DNA of 64,000 nucleotides from contig CAVZDU010000007.1 in the NCBI GenBank assembly GCA_963774265.1, positions 352,001-416,000 of the forward strand, read 5' to 3'. Origin of the DNA: an uncultured Chloroflexia bacterium (lineage in GTDB: Bacteria > Chloroflexota > Anaerolineae > CG2-30-64-16). Numbering within the stretch: the first letter of the stretch is position 1; the number at the start of each line of letters is the position of its first letter. The notes below the pieces were generated by a model. That model did not search any database. It was not told the origin of the DNA and worked only from the letters and a program-made list of their open reading frames with translations. Shown piece by piece: positions 31,503 through 42,229 of the stretch. The translations under genes and the position numbers were made by a program.

Positions 31503-31728
31503 TCATGGTCAGGCCATGTTGGCCGGCTTGTGTAAGTTGCACAGCGGATGCTTTGAGCATGCCTGGCACCAGCTCGCTAACAACTGAAGAGTCACCGACA
31601 GTTCTGCGCTATACTCATAACTTGAGCGGCGGGTTTTGCCTTCTCACCGCAGGCAGGCATAATAGGCTGGCCGAAGGGGGCGTCCGCCGCAGCGAGGCGC
31701 CGAGCACATCACGCTCAGGAAGTGATCA

Positions 31729-32874
31729 ATGACGTTACCGTTGCGACCCGTGGTCCCAGGTCTATCAGGCGAGCGCTTCAAAGTCCACTACCAGATTGCT
31801 GGTGCCGAGGCTGAGGCGCGGTCACTGGCCGAAACAGCCCGAGTTGAGCAGAGCGTCGAATTCCCCGCAGAGCTCGTGCCCGATGGCGACATCCGGGATC
31901 GCATCATGGGCCAACTGGAAGCGTTCGAGCCATGCGGCGAGGGGCGCTTCCGAGCGACGATCAGCTTCGCGGTGGAGAGCGCGGGTACCGAGCTGACTCA
32001 GCTCATCAATCTGCTGTGGGGCACGGGCAGTTTCTTCCCCGGATTCCGGGTGGAACGCGCCGAGCTGCCAGCGAGTCTCTTGGCCTACTATCATGGGCCG
32101 CGCTTCGGGGTCACGGGCCTCCGGGCGCGGGTCAAGATCTACGACCGGCCGCTGCTTTGCACCGCAATCAAGCCGATGGGGTTGACGCCGCAGTATCTGG
32201 CCGAAATGGCCTATGCGTGCGCGCTCGGCGGCATGGACCTCATCAAAGATGACCACGGCATCACCGATCAACCGTTTTGCCGTTTCGAGGAGCGGGTGAC
32301 TCAATGCGCCGAGGCGGTCGCGCGCGCCAACCGGGAGACGGGATTCTCCTGCCTCTACGTCCCGAATGTCACCGGGCCCACCGACCAGATCCTCGCCCGG
32401 GCCCGGTTCGCCAGCGAGGCAGGCGCGGGCGGGATCATGATCAGCCCTGGGCTCACCGGCTTCGACGCCATGCGCCAGGTAGCCGATGACAACCGGGTGA
32501 AGTTGCCGATCCTCAGCCACCCCACCGGCACCGGGCACTGTGTGCTGCACCCAGAACACGGCTTTTCGCATTATCTTTTTTACGGCCAGTTGCAGCGCCT
32601 GGCCGGCGCCGACTCCAGCATCTACATCCAACAGGGCGGTCGTTTCCAGGTGCGCCCTGAGGACTGTTTTGCAGCGCGCGACGGGTGCCGAGACGAGCTG
32701 GGCCACATTCGGCCGATCATGCCCATGCCGGGCGGCGGCATGACGCGGGAACGAATCGCAGCACTCAAGGAGATGTACGGCGCTGAGGTCATCTTTCTGG
32801 TGGGAGGCGGGCTGCACAGGATGGGTCCCGATCTGGCCGAAAACGTTCGCCAGTTGGTCAGCGCCGTGCGGTGA
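31729..32874 (+). CDS. RuBisCO-like protein (form IV, DeepYkr-like)
   Basis: EQSVE, GPRFG, AIKPMG, GGMDLIKDDHG carbamate motif, PGGGM, GGGL. Confidence 0.92.
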   Translation: MTLPLRPVVPGLSGERFKVHYQIAGAEAEARSLAETARVEQSVEFPAELVPDGDIRDRIMGQLEAFEPCGEGRFRATISFAVESAGTELTQLINLLWGTGSFFPGFRVERAELPASLLAYYHGPRFGVTGLRARVKIYDRPLLCTAIKPMGLTPQYLAEMAYACALGGMDLIKDDHGITDQPFCRFEERVTQCAEAVARANRETGFSCLYVPNVTGPTDQILARARFASEAGAGGIMISPGLTGFDAMRQVADDNRVKLPILSHPTGTGHCVLHPEHGFSHYLFYGQLQRLAGADSSIYIQQGGRFQVRPEDCFAARDGCRDELGHIRPIMPMPGGGMTRERIAALKEMYGAEVIFLVGGGLHRMGPDLAENVRQLVSAVR

Positions 32875-33297
32875 TGCCGATGATACACACCGAGAAACAT
32901 GTCTTGCTCACCGAAGGCGGCTTTCAGGCCTTCAACGTCACCGAAAAGGCGCGCGCCGCTGTCAAGACTGCCGGCATTCGGCACGGCTCCGTGCTCGTCT
33001 ATTACACCCACACAACCGGGGCTGTGATCGTCGTCGAGCACGAAGCCGGCATCATTGTTGACCTCGAAGACGCGCTGAACAAAATCGCGCCGCCGGACGG
33101 CGAGTACAAGCACCATCTGCGCGGGTTCGACTTCAACGGCTTCGCCCACATCGGCACATCGCTGCTCGGCGTCTCGGTGACCGTCCCGGTGCTCGATGGC
33201 GATCTGCTGCTCGGCGCCTACCAGGAGATCCTAGTGATCGACATGGAGCCAGCGCGCCAAACAGCGGACCATGGTGATCCAGGTTTCAGGGGAGTGA
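32871..33297 (+). CDS. yjbQ: YjbQ/UPF0047 family protein (frameshift near 33257)
   Basis: HTTGAV, YKHH, NGFAHI, LGAYQEI; the corrected frame ends RTMVIQVSGE*. Confidence 0.85.
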
Positions 33298-33299
33298 TT

Positions 33300-33913
33300 G
33301 TGGCGCCACGCATTACGCGCTTGACATTGAAGGTCGGCGAGGTGGTTGTGCCGTCCTTGCCTGAAGCGGCCGCGTCGCTCCTGGCGCCGGGCGTCGAGCT
33401 GCCCCTCCGCGGCGCCGCGCCCTGCTGAACGCAGCGCTTGCCTGTGCCGAAGGCCGCGAGTCGCCGGACCAGTTCTGCGCTGCCGCCGTTGCAATTTGCG
33501 GCGAACGCAGCGAGACAGCGGCCGGCAGGCTGTTCGAGCGGTTGGCGAGCGAACTGGCGCCGCTGGAAGGGATGCCGGCGCTACTGTCGGATCCGGCGCT
33601 GACCTGCGAGCTGTGCCTGGTTTCCGACTACCCTGCCGAGTGGCTGCTGCCAGCATTGACGCGAGGCGGATTAGCGCGCATCTTCCCGGCCTGCAAGATA
33701 GCGTACGTGGCCGATCTTGGGGGATTCTCGGGGCTACTCGACGCGCTGGTCGAACGCGGCGTGATCATGCCCGGCCAGACCCTCTGGGTGGACGCTCACT
33801 CGCCCCACACCTCTGCGGCGCTGCGCAAGGGCATCGACGCGGCCATCTTCGAGGATGCCTGGCGGTTACGGCGCGACCTCGGCATGTGGGGCTTGCTGCC
33901 CCTGTCCGTCTGA
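33300..33913 (+). CDS. Degenerate HAD-fold protein (frameshifted)
   Basis: PLEGMPALLSD..LVSDYP..LWVD..AALRKGIDAAIF..LRRDL is HAD-like; the motif I Asp is absent (LTLKVGEVV). Confidence 0.55.
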
Positions 33914-33961
33914 GGCACAGGAGAAGCCCGCTGCGCTCACCATGCGGACACCGGTAGGGGT

Positions 33962-34027
33962 TGGCTGGGCGGGGAGGGACTCGAACCCACGACCTTACGG
34001 ATGTGAACCCAGTGTTCTAACCCGCCC
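33962..34027 (-). pseudogene. D-arm-less tRNA-Val(CAC)-like sequence
   Basis: Acceptor stem GGGCGGG/CCCGCCC, loop TTCACAT, T-arm GTGGG-TTCGAGT-CCCTC; D arm missing. Confidence 0.7.
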
Positions 34028-34422
34028 CCGATAATATCTACGATAAGGCTGCTTCAGCAGGCCGTGGGTACTCCACCATTACCATCCGTGCGCACTACAC
34101 ATGCGGTGTAGTTTCACGTCGCACTACGGCGTTGGAGTTAACATAACACTGTGCCCCCAAAGGGATACGAACTTATCCCCTGCACCAGATGGCGGGGGAA
34201 TTGGCGGACAGTGACGTTGTGAGATACGAATTTCCGCACACCGATGGCACACGGGCTGTCTGTCGCGACGGGACTGCGGTCTTGGATACCGTTGGTGAGG
34301 GGGTTGAGCCGTGTCAGGATGTACGTGCCACCGATGTTGAGTACTACGTCAGCTATGACCGCCAGAGTCTCCGAGGCTGCACTGCGTTTTTATAGGCACG
34401 CCCAAATAACTTATGGGCGTGC

Positions 34423-34700
34423 CTATATACTTGGTGCAAGCTCGTAATATGCACCTTTCCGAGTCCCTGATTGAACTAGCAGACTTTTCTCCTCCATCCG
34501 TGTCAAAAGACGTTTGGCCTGCTCAGATTCCAATCGACATAATTCAGCGGCTTCGCTGCGGGTGATGCGTCCCTGCGCGCGCACGTATTGCAGGACCATC
34601 TGCTCTTGCTGGATCGGACCAAAGCCCGCTTGTCGGACATAGTCGGCCCCCTGGCCGAGCCGCTTGTAGACCTGTGCGCTCAACGTGTACGTCCGGGCAC
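34423..34700 (-). pseudogene. C-terminal wHTH fragment of an AlbA/RecG-C-type ATP-binding regulator
   Basis: RTYTLSAQVY...QQEQMVLQYVRAQGRITRSEAAELC...GAYYEL; N-terminal part absent. Confidence 0.7.
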
Positions 34701-35088
34701 GCGTGCAAGCAACCAGAACCATACCATGTCCCGGCCACGCGATCGGCCTGGATCTCGTCCAGCGTGCTATCAAGTGTCAGCGCGGGACGGGCGGCGGGCG
34801 CACGGTAAGGACGGGACCACCGATGTGTTCCTGAACCTTCTTCGAGTGGCAGCGAGTCAGCTCCCGGAAGATTGTCGGTGGTTGTAGTATTGGCGGGAAG
34901 TACGATTTCGATCTCAAAGCGCCCACCCGTTATCTCTCACTGATGCGATAGCCACCCTCACGCACCAACGCAGCCAATCAGGAGGACAGGGAGTTGTTAC
35001 AGCGAGCGCCTGTCTTGCACCGAAACCCCCGGATTAACGCGTCCAAACCTCTACACTGACTCCGCCCTTAAAATATGAGTGAAACCTA

Positions 35089-35156
35089 TTGACAACCCTA
35101 CCAATCTGACGTATGATACCGGTAACATTACCGGAAATGTTACCGGGAATGTTACC
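35089..35156 (+). promoter_or_regulatory. Sigma70 promoter with tandem LacI-type operators
   Basis: TTGACA(35089)-N17-TATGAT(35112), then TACCGGTAACAT TACCGGAAATGT TACCGGGAATGT TACC with a 12-bp period. Confidence 0.8.
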
Positions 35157-35223
35157 AGCCGATGCAACAGCAGCGTAGATTCTTCTATCCCAACATTCCT
35201 AACCCATCCAGGAGGCTACAACC

Positions 35224-36642
35224 ATGAAGAAGTCCCCGTATGTCATCTGTGTGCTTCTGCTCGCCGCGATCCTGATCGCGGGCTGCGCGGGCGCACAGCC
35301 CGCCGCCCCGGCGCCGACGGCCGCTCCCGCTGTCGCCGAGCCGACCAAAGCGCCTGAACCGACTGCCGCCCCGGCCGCTGCCGAACCGACCAAGGCGCCC
35401 GAACCGACCGCCGCCCCAGCCGCCAAGCAAAACATCACCCTCACCTACATGGCGAGCCAGGACTGGATCAAGGATGCCGAGCTTGAGTTGGCCAAGAAGT
35501 TCGAGGCTGAGACCGGTATCCACATCGACTACCAGATCATCCCGGCCGATCAATACTTCAATGTGCTGAAGACGAAGCTGAATTCCGGCGAAGCGACCGA
35601 CATCTTCGGTGGCCAGGCCGGCAAGAGCGATCTCAAGCTAAACTACAACGTCGAGCAAAACGCGGTTGATCTCACCGGCGAAGAATGGATCACGCGCGCC
35701 GATCCCAACTCGGTCGATATGGTCTCTTTGGATGGCAAGGTCTATGGCGCCGAAATCTGGGACATCGTCGGCGCGAACTACTTCGTCGTGAACTACAACA
35801 AGGCGATCTTTGAGAAGCTCGGCATCAGCGTGCCGAAGACCTACGCCGAATTCAAGGCCGCCAACGACAAGATCCTGGCCGCTGGCATCACCCCGATCTA
35901 CGAGCCGGTCTCGGACGGCTGGCATCATGTGTTGATGTTCCCGATGACGGGCCCGCGCTTCGAGGAACTCACCCCCGGCTTGTCCGATCAACTGAACGCC
36001 AATAAGACCACGTTCGCCGCAAGCAAGGACATGCTGCTCGCGCTCACGCAGTTGCAGGAAATGTACAAGGCGGGTTACTTCGGCGCGAACGCGTTGGCAG
36101 ACACCTACGCCGACACGCAAAAGGCGATGGCGAGTGGCAAGTATGCCATGACCGTGGCGCCGCTGGGCATGCCCGCCGACATCGAGAAGGCCTATCCTGA
36201 CACAAAGGCCGACACCTTCGGCTTCTTCACGATGCCGCTGGTGGATAACGCCCTGGCCCCCGCCCATCCTGCGGGCCCGGCCAAGTTCATCTACTCCGGC
36301 TCGAAGCACATTGCCGAGGCCAAGCAGTACTTTACCTTCCTGATGAAGCCGGAGAACCTGCAGTATCTGCTCGACAACACGCCGCAGTTCCCGGGGCTGA
36401 ACTTCACCGGTCTGAAGGAGAAGTGGACGCCGGCGCAGGAAGAGTATCTCAAGAACTATCCGGCCAAGGCCATCGTGTACCAGGATTCGGTCAACTACCT
36501 GAACCCGCAGTGGATGGACATCGGCAAGGACTTGACCGCGATGTTCACCGGCGCGCTCACACCGGAAGACGTGCTGAAGAACATTGATCAGCGCCGCGCC
36601 GATATGGCTACGACCGCGAAGGATCCCGCCTGGGCCAAGTAG
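35224..36642 (+). CDS. Carbohydrate ABC transporter substrate-binding lipoprotein
   Basis: Lipobox IAGC, duplicated EPTKAPEPTAAPAA linker, YNKAIFEKLG, PKTYAEF. Confidence 0.92.
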   Translation: MKKSPYVICVLLLAAILIAGCAGAQPAAPAPTAAPAVAEPTKAPEPTAAPAAAEPTKAPEPTAAPAAKQNITLTYMASQDWIKDAELELAKKFEAETGIHIDYQIIPADQYFNVLKTKLNSGEATDIFGGQAGKSDLKLNYNVEQNAVDLTGEEWITRADPNSVDMVSLDGKVYGAEIWDIVGANYFVVNYNKAIFEKLGISVPKTYAEFKAANDKILAAGITPIYEPVSDGWHHVLMFPMTGPRFEELTPGLSDQLNANKTTFAASKDMLLALTQLQEMYKAGYFGANALADTYADTQKAMASGKYAMTVAPLGMPADIEKAYPDTKADTFGFFTMPLVDNALAPAHPAGPAKFIYSGSKHIAEAKQYFTFLMKPENLQYLLDNTPQFPGLNFTGLKEKWTPAQEEYLKNYPAKAIVYQDSVNYLNPQWMDIGKDLTAMFTGALTPEDVLKNIDQRRADMATTAKDPAWAK

Positions 36643-36692
36643 TCGTCAGGATCAGTGAGAAGCGGAACGTAGCTGCTTAGAGCTGCGTTAGT

Positions 36693-36836
36693 TGCCCCCT
36701 CCCTTCCCGCCGCGGCAGGAGAGGGAGATACGAAAGGGGTTTTGCGGGCGGCCGCGCCGCCCGCAAAACCCTCGAAGAAGATTTCCCTCGCCTTCAGCAT
36801 CCCCCGTGGTTGCGGGGACGCCGAAGGCGAGGGGGC
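36693..36836. repeat. Cluster of three intergenic hairpins (REP/BIME-like)
   Basis: CTCCCTTCC..GGAGAGGGAG; GGGTTTTGCGGGCGG..CCGCCCGCAAAACCC; CCCTCGCCTTC..GAAGGCGAGGG. Confidence 0.65.
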
Positions 36837-36914
36837 AGCGCCTCATACCTGCGCGAGTCGGCACCAAGAGAATTGCTCTGCCACCCATGGTCCGCCTGTA
36901 CCGCGACGAAAGAT

Positions 36915-37788
36915 ATGAAAAGCAAACCTTACCCGTTCTACCTGATCATTCCCGCGCTGGCGCTCTATTTGACTCTTCAGCGTCATCCCCAGTGTGATGG
37001 GCTTTTTCTATTCCTTCACGGATTGGAACAGTTTCTCGAGTGAGATCAATTTCGTGGGGCTGGATAATGTCAGGCTGATCTTCTCGGCCAATCGAGGTTA
37101 CCTGGCAGTCATTCAGCACACCGTCGTCTTCACTATCGCCACCATCATTATCAAAACGGTGATCTCGCTCGGGCTGGCGTTACTGTTGACCAGAGGCATC
37201 CGGCGGTTTGCCAACTTCCACCGCGTGATCATCTATCTGCCAGCGGTCTTGCCGATGCTGGTCATCAGCCTGGTCTTCAAGTCAATCCTGAACCCGGCCA
37301 CCGGTCTACTCAACACCTCCTTGCGTGCGATCGGGCTGGGCGCGCTCGCGCAAGGCTGGCTGATTGATCCGAAGTGGGCTATGCCCTCGATCATCGGCGT
37401 TGATGTCTGGCGCGGGGTGGGCTACCTGATGGTAATCCTGATCGCAGGTATTCAGGCGATTCCCAAGGACTACTACGAAGCCGCGGCCATTGACGGCGCA
37501 AGTGGCTTCGCAGTATTCCGCTACATCATGCTCCCGATGCTGATGCCGGTGCTCGCTGTGACCACCGTGCTGAACCTGCTGTACGCGCTCAAAGTGTTTG
37601 ATGTGGTGTTTGTGTTGACCAACGGCGGACCTGGGCGCGCAACCGATACCGTCTACACCGCCATCTTCGACGAGTTCTCCAAAGGCAGATACGGCGTCGC
37701 CACCGCCCTGTCAACGATTCTCTTCCTCATCATGATCGTGCTGGGCTATTTTGTGATCAGGTCGATGCATCGGGAGGAGATCGGGTGA
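36915..37788 (+). CDS. Carbohydrate ABC transporter permease (frameshift near 36975)
   Basis: YSFTDW, FVGLDN, EAAAIDGAS, LTNGGPG. Confidence 0.92.
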
Positions 37789-38615
37789 TGACCACGATAA
37801 AGCGCCAACTGGCGCACTTACCCAATCATGTGATAGCAATCGGCGTCAGCCTGTCCATGTTTGTCCCGATCTATCTGCTGATCGTGAACTCGCTCAAAAC
37901 GAGAGCCGAAGCCAGCTCGATGGGCGTTGACCTTCCCGCCGCCTTGCGATGGAGCAATTTCGCCGTCGTGGTCGAGAAGGGCAAACTGGCTACGGCGTTC
38001 GGCAACAGCCTCTTGTATGCCGTCGGCGCGACCGTGATCGGCACCATGCTGGCCGCAATGGCCGCCTATGCGCTGTCGCGCAACCGTACGCGCTTCAATC
38101 GAGGGATCTACTTCCTGATCGTGGCCGGCATTGCGATGCCCACCAACTTCGTCACCCTCACCAAGGTGATGCAAGTGACGCATTTGATCAACACGCAGTT
38201 CGGCATCATTCTGCTTTATGCTGCCATGCAAATCCCCTTCAGCGTATTCCTGATATATGCCTTCGTCGAGACGCTGCCGCGCGAACTGGATGAGGCTGCC
38301 ATCATGGACGGATGCAGCCCGCCCCGGCTGTTTTTCTCGATTATCTTCCCGCTGCTCACGCCGGTGCTGGTTTCTGTGGGTGTGTTGAATCTGCTCAACG
38401 TTTGGAATGAGTTCTTGCTGCCGCTGTATTACCTCAATCGCAGCACAAACTGGCCGATGACCCTGGCGGTCTATAATTTCTTCGGACAATACTCGTCCGA
38501 CTGGAGTCTGGTCTCTGCTGATGCCGTGCTCACCGTCCTGCCGGTCATCATCATTTACCTGCTCGCGCAACGCTTCATCATCGCTGGCATGACGACCGGC
38601 GCGGTGAAAGGCTGA
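37785..38615 (+). CDS. Carbohydrate ABC transporter permease
   Basis: ELDEAAIMDG, WNEFLLP, GMTTGAVKG. Confidence 0.93.
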   Translation: MMTTIKRQLAHLPNHVIAIGVSLSMFVPIYLLIVNSLKTRAEASSMGVDLPAALRWSNFAVVVEKGKLATAFGNSLLYAVGATVIGTMLAAMAAYALSRNRTRFNRGIYFLIVAGIAMPTNFVTLTKVMQVTHLINTQFGIILLYAAMQIPFSVFLIYAFVETLPRELDEAAIMDGCSPPRLFFSIIFPLLTPVLVSVGVLNLLNVWNEFLLPLYYLNRSTNWPMTLAVYNFFGQYSSDWSLVSADAVLTVLPVIIIYLLAQRFIIAGMTTGAVKG

Positions 38616-38620
38616 AGGGC

Positions 38621-39691
38621 GTGAACGAGCTTCTTTGGAAGGAAAACTGGGAGGAATCCCGGCAACACTACCTGGACTGGTGGGCCGGACACGGCCTGGT
38701 CATCAGCATGTGGGAGCACCTGCCCAAGGAAGGCGTGCCGCATGAGGAGGTGCCTGCCCCCGCGCCGGCCAGGGACTGGCAACAGTACTGGTTCGACCCG
38801 GAATGGCGCGCCGCCAATCTTCACTACCAGTTATCCCGCAGCTCGTTCAAGGCCGACATCCTGCCGGTGGCCAACACCCACCTCGGACCGGGCTCGCTGG
38901 CCGCGATCCTCGGCGCTGAGCTCGAGGGCGGCGAAGATACCATCTGGATCCATCCCCGCGCCGAACAAAGCGACGCCATCGTCCTCGATGAAAACAACCG
39001 GTGGTGGCGCACGCATCTCGACCTGATCCGCGCATGCAAACGCCGCGCGCAGGGCCGATACTTCGTCGGCTGCCCGGACTTGATCGAGGGCCTCGACACG
39101 CTGGCCGCGCTGCGCGGCACGCAGCCGGTGCTGCTGGATATGATGGATCGGCCCGCAGAACTGGCGCAGCAGGTGCAGGCGATCAACGACATCTGGTTCC
39201 AGGTCTTCGAGCGGATCTACGGCGAGATCAACGAAGGCGGCGAAATGGCCTTCTGCTACTTCTCCATCTGGGGGCCGGGCCGGGTGGCCAAGCTCCAGAG
39301 CGACATTTCGGGCATGATTTCAACCAGGAATTTCCGCCGGTTCGTGCAGCCGTTCATCCGCGAACAATGCCAGCGGTTGGACTATTCGCTCTATCACCTG
39401 GATGGGGTGGCCGCAATGCGCCACCTCGACGCACTGCTGGAAATCGAGGAGCTGAACGCCATCCAGTGGACGCCCGGCGTCGGCCAGCCGCAGGGCGGGG
39501 ATCCGTGTTGGTATGACCTGTACAAGCGGATACGCGCCGGGGGCAAGGCGATCATGCCCTGCTGGGTGGAGCTGAACGAATTGCAGCCCCTGCTCGACGC
39601 AGTGGGCCCGGCCGGGGTGAATGTGCTCATGCACTTTCAGTCGGAGCGGGACATCGATGCCGCACTAGAAATCGCGGCGCATTACCGGTGA
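38621..39691 (+). CDS. URO-D/MtaA-CmuA-like TIM-barrel protein of unknown function
   Basis: GPGSLAAILG, DTLAALRG, LQSD..MIS..F..FV.P, YHLDG, IQWTPG. Confidence 0.75.
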   Translation: MNELLWKENWEESRQHYLDWWAGHGLVISMWEHLPKEGVPHEEVPAPAPARDWQQYWFDPEWRAANLHYQLSRSSFKADILPVANTHLGPGSLAAILGAELEGGEDTIWIHPRAEQSDAIVLDENNRWWRTHLDLIRACKRRAQGRYFVGCPDLIEGLDTLAALRGTQPVLLDMMDRPAELAQQVQAINDIWFQVFERIYGEINEGGEMAFCYFSIWGPGRVAKLQSDISGMISTRNFRRFVQPFIREQCQRLDYSLYHLDGVAAMRHLDALLEIEELNAIQWTPGVGQPQGGDPCWYDLYKRIRAGGKAIMPCWVELNELQPLLDAVGPAGVNVLMHFQSERDIDAALEIAAHYR

Positions 39692-39781
39692 CATTTGGAA
39701 TCAAGCTTTCAAGAAGCTACAGTGTTGCTTCTTGAGGGTCATTCTGAGACCGCCATCTATGATTGGATTCGAGAACATCTG

Positions 39782-42199
39782 ATGTCCACATTGACCTACG
39801 AAGTCCGCCCTGATGGGTTGTATATCCGCAGCGATCGGGGTCGGCTGGCGCTTACGCCTTACACACCGCGTGCGATCCGCGTCCGTTACACCCTGAAACC
39901 GGATTTCAGCGCCCGACCGAGCTTGATGGTCGTCTCGCAGCCTGAAGCGGACATCCGCTTCAGCGTCGAGGAGACGCCGGATAGCCTGCTGTTCACGACG
40001 TCCGAGCTGATCGATCGAGATCGACCGGCAGACCGCCGCGTTCACCTATCGGGATAACCAGGGCCGCCTGCTGACCCGAGAACCCGCCCGCGGCGGCAAG
40101 ACATTGGAACCGATCGAGGTGGCCGTCTCCGTATTCGACGATGCAACCATGACCGAGGACGAGAAAGCGTCGACGGCGTGCGCATCCACGCGCGGAATGT
40201 GCGCAAGGTTGTGGATCGGCAAGCGTATCACACCAAACTGGCGTTCGAGTGGGCGGACGGCGAGGCACTCTATGGCCTCGGCTCGCACGAAGAAGGCATG
40301 CTGAACTTGCGCGGCCAGCACCAATACCTGTACCAGGAGAACATGAAGGCAGTCGTCCCGGTGCTGGTCTCCACCCGCGGCTACGGGATCCTGCTCGACA
40401 GCGCTTCGCTGATGACCTTCCACGACGACGCCTTCGGGTCCTACCTGTGGACCGATGTGGCGGATGAGCTGGACTACTACTTCGTCTACGGGCCTGAGCT
40501 CGACCAGATCGTCCATGAGCTGCGCGGCCTGACCGGCAAGGCTCCGATGTTGCCCAAATGGGCGTTCGGCTACGTGCAGTCCAAGGAACGGTACGTCTCC
40601 CAGGAGGAACTGCTCCAGGTCGTCCGGGAATACCGGGCACGCGGTCTGCCGCTCGACTGCATCGTGTTGGATTGGAAATCGTGGACGGGCGAGCTGTGGG
40701 GACAGAAGACGCTGGACCCGGAGCGCTTCCCCGATCCACAGCGGATGACGGCCGAGCTGCACGCCTTGCACGCCAGGCTGATGATTTCCATCTGGCCGAT
40801 CATGCGGCCGGGCGGCGCGAACTGGCAGGAGATGCACGAGCAGGGCTTCCTGCTGGGGAACCAGGCCACCTACGACGCGTTCAACCCGGCGGCGCGCGCG
40901 TGCTACTGGAAGCAGGCCGACGCCGGCCTCTTCTCCCAGGGGATAGACGCCTGGTGGTGCGATTGCACCGAGCCTTTCGAGGCGGATTGGCAGGGCGCGG
41001 TCAAGCCCGAACCGGAAGAACGGCTGCGCATCAACACCGAGGAGGCCAAGCGCTATCTCGACCCGGCATTGATCAATGCATATTCGCTGCTTCATTCCCA
41101 AGGCATCTACGAAGGGCAGCGCCGGATCACCGACAGCAAACGGGTGGTGAACCTGACCCGCTCGGCCTACGCGGGGCAGCAGCGCTACGGGACCATCACC
41201 TGGTCGGGCGACATCGCAGCCAGTTGGGAGACGCTGCGCCGGCAGATCGCCGAGGGTCTCAATTTCTGCACGACCGGATGCCCCTACTGGACCGTGGATA
41301 TCGGCGCGTTTTTTGTGAAGCGCAAGCCCGATCTCTGGTTCTGGCAGGGCGACTACGATGCGGGTGTCGAGGATCTGGCTTACCGGGAGCTGTACGTGCG
41401 CTGGTTCCAGTTGGGGGCGTTTCTGCCGATGTTCCGCGCGCACGGCACCGACACCCCGCGCGAGATCTGGCGCTTCGGCGAGCCGGGCGAACCGATGTAC
41501 GACGCGCTGGCGAAATACCTGCATCTGCGCTACCGGCTGCTGCCCTACATCTACTCGCTCGCCGGTTGGGTCACGCAGGACGATTACACGCTGTTGCGCG
41601 CCCTGGCCTTCGACTTCCGAGCTGACCCAGCCGTGTACGACATCCGCGATCAGTTCATGTTTGGGCCCGCGTTTCTGGTCAATCCGGTGACGCAGCCGAT
41701 GTACTACGCCGTCGGATCTACGCCGCTGGCGGGCGTCGGCACAGACGCCGCACCGTCTATCTGCCGGCCGGCTACGACTGGTACGATTTCTGGACCGATC
41801 GACGGCTTGCCGGCGGACAGACGGTGCTGGCGGACGCCGCGCTCGACATCTTGCCGCTCTACGTGCGCGCCGGATCGATCGTGCCGATGGGCCAACCCAT
41901 GCAATACGCGGATGAGTTGCCCGATGCGACCCTCGAGCTGCACATCTATCCGGGCTGCGACGGCAGCTTCCTGCTTTACGAGGATGAAGGCGACAGCTAT
42001 AATTACGAGCAAGGGGCTTTTTCCACGATCCACATTCGCTGGCAAGATACGGCCAGACGCCTGCTTCTGGATGCACGCACCGGATGCTACCCCGGCATGC
42101 AGGAGCGGCGCACGTTCCAGGTGGTCCTGCACGGCGAAGGACAGCCGGAGCACCAGACAGCTCGTCTACGAAGGCGAGCCGATCATGTTAGGGTTTTGA
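39782..42199 (+). CDS. GH31 glycoside hydrolase (alpha-xylosidase-like), several frameshifts
   Basis: YGLG, LTGKAPMLPKWAFG, WWCDCTEP nucleophile region, WSGDI, FRAHG, LYEDEGD. Confidence 0.92.
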
Positions 42200-42229
42200 T
42201 CTGTTTTGATCTGAAAGGAAAGCCAGTCA

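Noticed and set aside
31729-32874. CO2-fixing RuBisCO
   Set aside because: It has KDDH rather than KDDE, is only 381 aa, and has no small subunit or phosphoribulokinase nearby, so it is a form IV RLP.
34136-34146. XerD-arm-like 11-mer (TTATGTTAACT on the minus strand) beside the att remnant, as a dif site
   Set aside because: There is no XerC-like arm at the 6-bp spacing; a single arm is insufficient evidence.
35310-35425. Duplicated 45-nt unit within the SBP gene as a mobile or regulatory repeat
   Set aside because: It encodes an ordinary Pro/Ala/Thr lipoprotein linker.
40046-42076. Long antisense ORFs (40046-42076, 11510-13174, 27419-28873, 63063-63959 and others)
   Set aside because: They are shadow frames of recognisable genes in GC-rich DNA, with no motifs or RBS.
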